Position numbers and translations under genes: made by a program. A stretch of DNA of 63,340 nucleotides, counting the filler, from Chrysochromulina tobinii (lineage: Eukaryota): assembly GCA_001275005.1 (NCBI GenBank). It is 8 parts of 8 records of this genome, joined end to end, with 100 filler letters (N's around TTAATTAATTAA, not from the genome) between each part and the next. Parts side by side here need not be neighbours in the genome. Positions count along the whole stretch, not along the records: positions 48,427 to 58,813 come from JWZX01000174.1; positions 58,914 to 61,847 come from JWZX01000181.1; positions 61,948 to 63,340 come from JWZX01000199.1; 5 more parts are not named here. The stretch is one strand, 5' to 3'. This document shows, in pieces, positions 54,378-63,340 of this stretch (the first letter of the stretch is position 1; each line of letters opens with the position of its first letter). The notes beneath the pieces are model-generated. The model was not told the DNA's origin. It saw nothing but the letters and a program-made list of their open reading frames with translations, and made no database searches.

Positions 54378-55333
54378 CTCGCGCTTCTCGGCCTCATCAC
54401 TCCGTACCGGTAGCACGTCTTCTCTCGTCTGAGGTGCCACAGCGGGTGCTCGGGTCGCTGTGGAGGGCTCGACACCTCGACTGTGCTTCGTGTGTGGAGT
54501 GTGCCGTCGCCGCGCCCGGTCGTCGTCGGTTTGTGGCTAGTTTTCGGGCAGTTTTAGTTTCAGTGAGGACATGTCTGAGCGGGAGCGGATGGACCGCCGC
54601 GGACCTGACCGCCGACCGACCCCGCAAGAGCCCGACTGGGGCGGTCTGATGCGCGCCCCGGGGGCGGCAGAGCGCGGGTCCATCGGACGACATTTCATGG
54701 GTACCGGTACGTTATTACTCGGTCGTACAGACGCGAGACGGTACGTATCTTTCGATCGATAACAATTAACATCGCGTGCGGAGCGCGGTCGAACGGGCCC
54801 CTCACGACGCGCATGCCGAATAAATGCGAATTTCGTAATGAGTCAAATAAAATGAGTATTATAGAAGTGTGTGCTTTCTCAATCTGCGTGTACACTGCTT
54901 ACCCACCGCCCCGCGCACCGCGCGCTCCCGGCCGGCACCGGACCTCGCTCGTTCTCTCTCGCTAGTCTCTGCGCTCTTGATACAGGACAACGCCGGTTCA
55001 ACGCGCACAACAACAAGCTACAAGGCCCACAAGCCTGTCTCTGACAGTAGACGTCGAGAACGACTCTCGGACACACAACGGCCTAGGAGCAGACATTGCA
55101 GACGAGAACCAGAAAGGGGGCACAGATGCTCGACGTCCAAACCGGCTCGAGCTTCAACTCACGGCTCGCCCTGTGAACGCGCTTTGGCCCTGCCCCGCTG
55201 CCGCCGCGATTCCGGCCCCTTCCACAGCACAAAATAAGTGAACATCCAGTCTCTCCTGTAGCGGCCCGCCTGAGGTCCTCGCCGTGCCTAGACGCCGCCA
55301 CTCATCACGCGCCGCTACCCGTCGCGGGTCGCC

Positions 55334-58300
55334 TCAATGGTCGCCGTCGAGGCCGCTATAGTCCATTTTGGCCACCTGCTGGCGCAGCATCGAGCGCGCT
55401 GAGCCCTTGCCGCCCGCCCGCGAGTCGGCCATCGCCCGTGCCGCATCCGACGAGGCCTTCGAGTACGTAGAGCGCGGCGTGGCAGCGGGGCCCTCGTCGA
55501 CGCTCTTCTTGATGTTCATGTTCAGCTTGAGCTTTGGCATCACGGGGGCGCCATCGGGGCCCGTCACCACTGGCGCCGCCGACGGCGCGGGCTCCGAGCT
55601 GAGCGCTGTCATGGGCACCGGCCCGTCCGAGATGTCGACGGCGCCGTCCATGTCGTTTGGCAAAGGCGTCGAGGGTCGCGTGCCCCGCGGTGTGCCCAGC
55701 TCGGCAGCACGATCGACGCGCGCCTGCAGCACGGCATCGCGCTTCTCGGACGCTGCCTGCAGCGCCCCCTCCATTTGCTCCTCGGTGCGCGCTTTGCCCT
55801 TCTGCTTGAGGCGCTCGGCGAGGTCCTTTGGAGGCTCCCTCGGCGTCTCGTTGACCGCCACCTCGATCACCTGCGTCGCCGACAGATTGCGTGCGACCGT
55901 TAGCGTCTTCGGGTCGTCCGGTCCGAGCGCCGCGGCCATGATGTCGTACGCGCGCTTGAAGAGCGCGATTGCCTCGTCGCGCCGCCCTTGCACGCGGTAG
56001 ACGATGCCCAGGTTGGACAGATCCATCGCCACCTCGGGATGATCATCGCCAAGCGCGGCCTGGTCAATGGCGAGCGCGCGGAGGTAGAGCGGCACCGCCT
56101 CCGAATGCTGGTTCTGATCGCAGAAGGCGTTGCCCAGATTGACGAGATCCTTGGCAACCTCCGGGTGATCTGGCCCGAGGGTCTTCTCATAGATCGCGAG
56201 CGCCGTCATGTAGAGAGGCACTGCGTGCGGCGCCTTGCCCTGCGTCCGGTAGAGCAGCGCCAGGCGCCCTAGGTCAGAGGCGACCTCGTGCAGCGTGGCC
56301 TCCATGTCCTCGCGCTCGCGCTCGAGCCGCTGAGCCTCGGCTTCGCTGTCTTTCTCGGCCTGGGACACCTCCTTTGCCTGCCATCGCGTCGGGTCGTCGG
56401 TGAGAGGTCTTGTCGCTCGTCATCCATCGCAATCAATCCTCATTCAGGGGAAATCCATGCTCATCAAGGGGCAATGCATGCTCATCCATCGCAATCAATC
56501 CTCATTCAGGGGGAATCCATGCTCATCAAGGGGCAATGCATGCTCATCCATCGCAATCAATCCTCATTCAGGGGGAATCCATGCTCATCAAGGGGCAATC
56601 CATGCTCCTCAGGGGCCATGTCTCACCTTGTCTTCGAGCGACTGGACGTCGGCCCACGCGCGCTCGACGGCGCCCTGATACGCCTCGAGAGTCGCCGCCT
56701 GCTCCTCCTGCGATTGAGTCGAACGGTCTGTCCCTTCAGGCGAGTCCGCTTTCATGGCGTCGCGCGCTGCCGCCTCGAGCGCCCTGCCATCGAGCGCGCC
56801 GCTCGCAGTGCTCAGTCGCGCCGCCCCAAAGCTATCCTTGATGAAGTCGTCCACCATCACAGCCTCGTCGGCGGGCATGCGCTTGCTGCTGCTGCTGCTG
56901 CTGCTGCTGTCTGCCTGCTTGGCGGCCTTGGGCAACGTCGGCGCCGCCTCCGGGAGCGCCACTCCCTTGGAGGTGGCCAGCGCGCGCAGTCGCTCGAGCT
57001 CGATTGACGAAGCGGCCTGCTGCTTGCGCATCGCCTTCATCTTGCTCTCGTGCTCTTTGCGCTTTCGGGCGAGCTTGCCAGAGAGGGCGGCCTGCGCCTC
57101 CGCCTGCGCCTGCATGAGCTCGTCGAGCTCGAGCTTCGCTGCCTCCACCTTGGCCTGTACTGACCCTAGTGCCACGCGCAGAGACTGCTGAGACTCGTAC
57201 GTCGGACGGAGCCGCGCCCACGCGCCAAGCTCGGCGCGCACGCGCCCGAGCTGCGACTCGTAATACTTCCAAAACAGCTCATCCTCGAGAGCGGTGAAGT
57301 CGACTGACGCGTTCACCTTGGCCTGCACCTTGACCGACATGGCCTGCTGGCCGAATTGCAGCGAGTTCAGTGTCTCAAACGAGTCGGAGGCCGTCGGAGC
57401 GACGCACACGATCAGCACCGTGTTGGCGCGCCCACCAAAGGCGCCCGACAGCAGCCGCGTGAGCTTCGTCTCGCGAAAGGGCGGTCGGCCGCCCTTGGGG
57501 CCCGCGGCGAGAGCCTGCACGCACCGGCCGAGCGTCGTGAGCGAATTGTTGATCGCGATCGCCTCGTCGAACGCCTGCCCCGTCACTTCGGACTTTTTGA
57601 CGCGCTCGGAGCCGGCGAGGTCGACGAGGTGCAGCTTGCCGCGCAGGATGCGTGAGCCCGCGCGGGTGGTGACGTCGAGCAAGAGCACCGAATGCGAGCG
57701 CGACGATGCATCGTTCATCGCTGTCGCGCTCGTCACGCGGTTGCGGTTGGCTGCCTCGATCACGCCCACCGCCTGCTGCACCGACGTGAGCGGCGTCGAC
57801 TGCGCGCCGGTGAGGACCACGCCCTCCTTGGGATCTTCTCGTAGGTCGACCTGATGAGGGAGGCAATCACATGCCGTCAGAGGCCTTCCGACGCCATCAG
57901 GGGAGGCAATCACATCCCCTCGTCGTTGGGATCCTCTCGCGGACCCACCTCGTTCTTAGGCTCGAGCAGGTCGTACAGGCCTTCGAGATAGATCTGGACG
58001 TACGAGAGCCGCACTTCGCGCCCCTCAGCCGCGTCATCCGTCAGGATCTGCGAGAGCGCTCGCCACACGACACCCTCCTTGCCCGCCGCCACGTTGCCGA
58101 GCGTGTGCGTCTTGCCAGCGCCCGTCTGGCCGTAGCACATGACGCAGCCGTTGATGCCCTCGAGCACGCCGGCGATCACCTCCGTCTCCGTGCACGCTGC
58201 GCGGTACACATCCTCCTGCTGCGCGTCGGGAGGCAGCACACCGTCGAAGACGAACTGGCGCGGCGACGCCGAGCGCTCGCCCTTGCGCGATCCGGCGTCG

Positions 58301-58813
58301 TTCCCGTCCTCACCGGCGCCCTCCTTGTTCTCGAGGAGCCAGAGCTTCGGGCTCTGCACGTGGATCGCCGAGCTGCCCGCGCTGCTGCTGTCCTCCTTCG
58401 CCTCATTCTTGCGCACCGTCGGCCGCACGCGCACGTAGACGCGCACGCGTGTCGCGCCGCCACCCGCGGCGGCGCTCGAGCCCGACGTCGATTGCCGCTT
58501 GAGCTTCGTGGGCGTACCCTCCTTGCTGCCGGGCTTGCTGCCACCCTCCTTGGCAGGCGGCGTGTCAGCGCCCGCCTCACCTTTGTTTTGCTGCCGCTCC
58601 GCGAGCGCCTCGTCATCCACCATGCGGTTGGCGGCACCGGCCGACGAGGGCGGCAGCGGGGGACGTGCGCCGGGCGGCAGCGGCGGCGCCTTGGCTCCGG
58701 GGCGCCGCGCGGTGGGACCGGCAGCGGGTGCTTTCGCCGGCTTCTGGGCGTCGGGCGTGGACGGCCGTGGCGAGCGAGGCGACGCCGGCGCCGCCGGCGC
58801 CGCCGCTGCAGGG
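55334..58813 (-). CDS. Kinesin motor + coiled coil + kinesin-light-chain-like TPR repeats; introns 57851-57948 and 56378-56626; 5'-partial
   Basis: VRVYVRVRP, GQTGAGKT, NDASSRSH, DLAGSER, PFRETKLTRLL; TPRs LGPDHPEVAKDLVNLG and LGDDHPEVAMDLSNLG; GT-AG splicing keeps the frame (KNE|VDLRED, EDK|AKEVSQ). Confidence 0.9.
56420..56610. repeat. Intronic 62-bp tandem repeat, ~3 copies
   Basis: tcatccatcgcaatcaatcctcattcagggggaatccatgctcatcaaggggcaatgcatgc units at 56420, 56482 and 56544. Confidence 0.92.
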
Positions 58814-58913
58814 NNNNNNNNNNNNNNNNNNNNNNNNNNNNNNNNNNNNNNNNNNNNTTAATTAATTAANNNNNNNNNNNNNNNNNNNNNNNNNNNNNNN
58901 NNNNNNNNNNNNN

Positions 58914-59432
58914 GCGCCATGCCACGCTGCTTCCAGAGCTTCTTCGCCGTGGGCAAGGCGTACCGCGCCCCCATGTTCATCGCGACGAGCGTGGAGCAGG
59001 ACGTCTCGATCCACACCTTCCTGATGCGGCTGCCGCCCGCGACCGCCTCGCAGTCGCCGCCTTTTCAGGAGCCGGTGCGCTGGCGCTTCCACCTCGATGG
59101 CGCTTCCACCTCGATCGAGCATGCAAGTGCTCACCACGGCGCCCTAACCTTGCCTCTCCCCACAGGTGCTCTGGCGCTTCCACCTCGATGGCTCGCTGCC
59201 CCCGAACCGCCGCTGCGTGCACGTCAACTTCATCGACCGCACCGATGGCACCGTGCACGGCGAGGACGAGTTCCTCTTCGCGCCGTACTCAACCTTCACC
59301 GTGCGCGCCTTCGAGTGGAGTTCGCAGCCAAGCGTCAACGCGTACACCTTGCGGCCGCACTATATCGACGTCAACGTCGCCAGCGACAACCTGCGGCCGC
59401 CGCTCGACCTGCCGCTCGCGCCGTGGTGCTGA
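58914..59432 (+). CDS. Mono-ADP-ribosyltransferase (R-S-E class) C-terminal domain, 5'-partial; intron 59075-59165
   Basis: YRAPMFIATS (STS-like), spliced EP|VLWRFHLD, GEDEFLFAPYSTFTV (ExE), ends DLPLAPWC*. Confidence 0.8.
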
Positions 59433-59941
59433 CGGGCTACCTGCCGCTCGCGCCGTGGTGCTGACGGGCTGAGGGTCTGCAACTGCGTAGCGGTACAGCT
59501 GCACAGCTGTACCTGTAGCCCGATCGACGGTAGGCTGCGGCTGAGACCGGACCTGTGTGTGCGTGTGAATGTGAATGGCTGCGGCTGGGACCGGACCTGT
59601 GTGTGCGCGCTGTGTGGCGTGCGGGGCGCGGCTACATCGGGCATGCGATGCTGCGTGTGATGACGGGTATGCGTAAGTGGGGGCTGAGGCGTTTCCCACA
59701 GCGGGACCCGTGAGTGGTCCCGTGGGCCCGGGCGGGGGGGGAGAGCGTCACGTTGGGCATGTCTTCACAGCGGACTACGGTAGCTATTGGCTGAGCCTAA
59801 TTGGCTGGAGTGTGCCGAAACAGTGTCCGGTGTCCGGTCGGCGCGGGGCATCCCCCAGGGGCCACTACGTAGGAACTCGAACTGTCTACGTCTGAGCGGC
59901 CACTCTGTGGCGTGTGGGAAACACCTTCCACAAGGTTCCTA

Positions 59942-60315
59942 GCTTCCTAATTTATAAATGGACTACATTACAAGTGCAATTGCACGCAGCCCGACGCAGC
60001 ACTTGAATGCGACTCATGCCCGCATCGTGTACCCCTTAGGCCTTTGTTTGAGTCGCCTGTTCCACGTCACCCTCGTAGACGCTGCCATCCGCATAGCGCT
60101 TCGTGCGAAGCCCCTACTCTCTCTCGCAAAAGCGATCCAACACAGTGCCTAATTTGGACATTCACGCTTCCTATTGTATAAATGGACTACAATACAAGTG
60201 CAAGTGCACCACTTGGGCCGAATGCGTTCACTCTCGTGAAGCTACCGCGGGCGCCTTCCACCCGTCGCTCTCGTAGACGCTGCCGTCCGCTTAGCACTTC
60301 GTGCGAAGCCCCTAC
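59942..60315. repeat. Two diverged ~224-bp tandem units, each with TATAAATGG
   Basis: gcttccta..tataaatggactaca.tacaagtgcaa.tgcac ... ctcgtagacgctgcc ... cttcgtgcgaagccccta repeated. Confidence 0.8.
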
Positions 60316-60841
60316 AATTGTAGTGTGTGCCGCGCTGAGTCTTGAGCCTCTGTCCGCGCTGCGCCCGCTGCGTGAGTGCGTGTGGGTTACGCGTGTGTGT
60401 TCTGTAGATCGCTCACGGAACGAATTTTCCGAAGAGGGGTGAAATCCACGAAATTTGCCATAGCGGGATCGAAGAGAAAAAATCGAAATTTTATCGAAAT
60501 TTGTCACTCACGATTCGAAATTATGGCATCGAAATTTCCTATGTCAGCCATTCGAAACTCTGAGACACCCCAAACAGTTTGAGAACCGCAATGGATCAAG
60601 TTGCCGTGGGTAACGGGCGCAAGGGAAGCCGTGACTTGACGTGACTTGACTCGATCGAAAATAATATATCTAAATCTCCGTTCTACTTGTAATTCCCCAA
60701 GATCCTCAGTACAGATCGAGAGAGCGCCTATATGCGACGGTTATATCGACGCAAACTTAGATGTCCATTCGGGTCGGACTGCCACCCTGCTGACGGCGGA
60801 GGAGGTACGCGCGCGAGGCAACCGATCCGATAGCGCGTGCT

Positions 60842-61038
60842 AGGCGGCCCTTGTGCTTGGGTCGCGCGCCGATGTCCTCCGCCGCCGGCCCGCCGCTCGC
60901 CGCCGCCGCATCTCGCACTCGGCACAAGCGCTTCCCATCGCCACCTGCACTCGAGCAGCTGCGCGCAGTGCATGCACACAGGCGGCCCTTGTACTTGGGT
61001 GGCGCGCTAATGTCCTCCGCCGCCGGCCCGCCGCTCGC
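60842..61038. repeat. ~59-bp direct repeat with 138-bp period
   Basis: aggcggcccttgt.cttgggt.gcgcgc..atgtcctccgccgccggcccgccgctcgc at 60842 and 60980. Confidence 0.8.
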
Positions 61039-61220
61039 TCGTCCCCAGCAGCCTCTCCACCACGTCCCGTGCACCACGTGGACAGCTGCTGCTGCTCGCG
61101 GTGCCTTCGAGCTGCAGCTCCTTTTGCCCTCCGCCGTGCCGCGCGCTGCCACGGCCCGTGCTGACCACGCCGCGTCCGTCCCACCCGCAGCCCTCCGCAC
61201 GCAATCGGCCAGGCGAGCGG

Positions 61221-61637
61221 ATGAGCCTCCTGGATGGTGACACGTACAAACGGCCCGACGCCGAGGTCCACCCGCTGATCACGCCAGCAGCAGCCAGAGC
61301 GACGGATGAGGTGCGCCGCATTTCGCACGCGACGCGCTCGGGACAGCGCCGCCCGGTGGCGAAGCGATCGACGGGGCGGGGCAGGGGAAGGGCCGCAGGG
61401 GGAGGCGGCGGCGCGGCCGTACGACTCCGTACATTCGCCATCGCTCGCGCGCCCCCCGCAAGTACCCTGTCCCTCACATCCGCCCCACCCACCTCGCCGC
61501 TCACCCTCCTTGCTGCTGTGTTCCACGCACAGGACGGGGACACGCCCCTTCACTACGCCGCTCTGTACAGCTCATCGGTGGCGGTGGTGCAGGCGCTCCT
61601 CGCGGCGTATCCGGAGGCCGCCTCGGCGACGGACAAT
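61221..61637 (+). CDS. Ankyrin-repeat gene, first exons (61221-61310, 61533-61637); 3'-partial
   Basis: 105-bp phase-0 exon DGDTPLHYAALYSSSVAVVQALLAAYPEAASATDN flanked by AG and GT. Confidence 0.75.
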
Positions 61638-61947
61638 GTACGCCGCCCCTCCCCCCTTGCCGCGTGGATGAGAGGCCCTGAGCGGTCATCAGAGGTCATC
61701 ATATGTAATCAATGGCAATCAGGGGTCATCATTCGCAATCAGAGGGCACTCAGCGGCACTCAGAGGGCACTCAGCGGCACTCAGAGCCACTCGGTGGCCA
61801 CTCGGTGGGCCCCTCAGAGGCCATCAGCGGGCCCCTCAGAGGCCATCNNNNNNNNNNNNNNNNNNNNNNNNNNNNNNNNNNNNNNNNNNNNTTAATTAAT
61901 TAANNNNNNNNNNNNNNNNNNNNNNNNNNNNNNNNNNNNNNNNNNNN

Positions 61948-63340
61948 CGGCCGTACAGCATGCGAGACGCGCTGCAGCGCCTCGGCTGTCGGGTCGACAC
62001 TTACGAGCTTCTCGACGGACCCGAGCAGGACCTGTCGAGGCCCACGGTGCAGTCGGTCGTCCTCGCGGGCGTCACGGCGGGCGTGTGGGACGGCGTCTTC
62101 ATGGCACCGCCGTGCGCGTCGTTCTGCCCCGCGCTGGTCCCCCGGCTCCGGTCGCTTACCGAGGTCGAAGGGATTCGGCCCGTGCCCGAGCGCTGGAGCG
62201 CCTACCTAGCCAAGCACAACGCGCTCGTCGCGTTCGTGGCGCAGGTGGCGACGGCTGCCGATGCGAAGGGGGTCTTCTGGGCCATCGAAAACCCGGCTTC
62301 CAGACGAGGCGGGTGGGCGTGGTGGCCCGAGCAGGCCGATGCGCCCAGCCTGTGGGACATGCCTGCGATCGTCGAGCTCCGTCGAGCGACGAAGGCGGCG
62401 AGGAGGACCTTCGCGCAGTGCCAGTTCGGCTCCGAGTACCAGAAGTACACGTCGGTCATGGTCTCTGCCCGAGGGGAAGCTGAGCTCGTACGTGCCTTCG
62501 GAACGGCCCGATGCTCTTGCATCGACCAGGGGCGCGTGCACGCTAAGGTCGCCGCGGGCTCAGACGAGTTTGGCGCGTCGCTGTCGGCTCCGTCGGCGGC
62601 GTACCCGCCGAAGCTCAACTCGGCGCTCGCGGAGATGCTCGATAGGGCGACAGGCGGCCAGGCGGAGACCCGGTGCACGCCCTTCGAAACGGGGCCGACG
62701 CAGGCTCTTGGGCTTCACGTCGGTTCGGACGACCCGCACGTGCTGCAGCTCGACGATGACAAGGTCGCGCGCTCGCGGAAGCGCCCGACGTTCTCGCTGC
62801 GCAGCCACACGGCGGCAACGCCGGCGGAGCTCGCGAGCAGGCCGGTGGCGCGGATGAACGCGCCGGTGGCGACGGTGGAGACGTGCGCGTCGCCCGTGCA
62901 GGCGGCTGGTCATCCGACCGTGCGCAGCCTCAACGACCTGCTCTACCCGAGCTGGGCGAAGCGGGTAACGCACTGGCGACGACAGATGCGTCGGTGCCTC
63001 ACCCTCGCCGAGTACGGCGACTGGAGAGCGGCGCGGCGGATGCGGCCGGCTGACCTCCTCGTCCCGAGCGAGGCGATGCTGCCCGCGGTACGCGCGTGGG
63101 AGTGGGATCTCCGCCCGTGGGCGCTCGGGCTGCCGGCGGTGCCGACAGTCCCCTCGTCCTTCGAGGGCGTTCGTCCGGCGACGTCGGTTGACGTCGAACG
63201 ACTAACGCGAGAGACGGAGCCAGGGGGCGATCTCGAGCACTACCCCGACCAGGCCATCCTCCAGCAGCTCAGGGACGGCGTGTCGGACGACGTGCCCCCC
63301 CTGACGGGCTCCTTTCTGTGCGGCCCGCACACAGGGGCGC
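61948..63340 (+). mobile_element. Open frame (both ends partial) with C5 cytosine-methyltransferase domain followed by a DIRS-pol-like region: probable DNMT-carrying retrotransposon
   Basis: Own translation from 61948 has no stop for 464 codons: WDGVFMAPPCASF (catalytic PC at 62110-62115), WAIENP (ENP at 62287-62295), QCQFG..QKYT, SAAYPPKLNSALA; later WEWDLRP and YPDQAILQQLRDGV. Confidence 0.75.

Noticed and set aside
56420..56610. 62-bp repeats as CRISPR
   Set aside because: Whole units repeat with no variable spacers, and they lie inside an intron

Overview
GC-rich eukaryotic genomic DNA, most like a haptophyte alga (inferred from GC content, GT-AG introns, TTAGGG repeats and gene types). 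It is eight contigs joined by artificial 100-bp N/TTAATTAATTAA linkers, so adjacency across linkers is not assured. Recognisable genes include cryptochrome-DASH, a TALE homeobox protein, a NIPA-type Mg transporter, Era GTPase, MoaA/MOCS1A, ARF1, an EF-hand protein, two methyltransferases and two glycosyltransferase-like proteins. Most notable: (1) a 464-codon open frame at the window end, absent from the ORF track, with C5 cytosine-methyltransferase motifs running into a DIRS-pol-like region, i.e. a probable DNMT-carrying retrotransposon; (2) a family of introns and insertions built from a shared ~45-nt core plus long duplications of flanking exon sequence (introner-like intron gain); (3) a single-chain RavA-like AAA+/VWA fusion head-to-head with MoaA; (4) a SIM-RING-UBE2Q fusion resembling a self-contained SUMO-targeted ligase; (5) a frameshifted LOV-(RGS)-LOV photoreceptor pseudogene; (6) a kinesin motor fused to light-chain-like TPRs; (7) an identical 32-bp motif co-oriented upstream of three unrelated genes. 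All domain calls come from reading motifs by eye; no searches were run.
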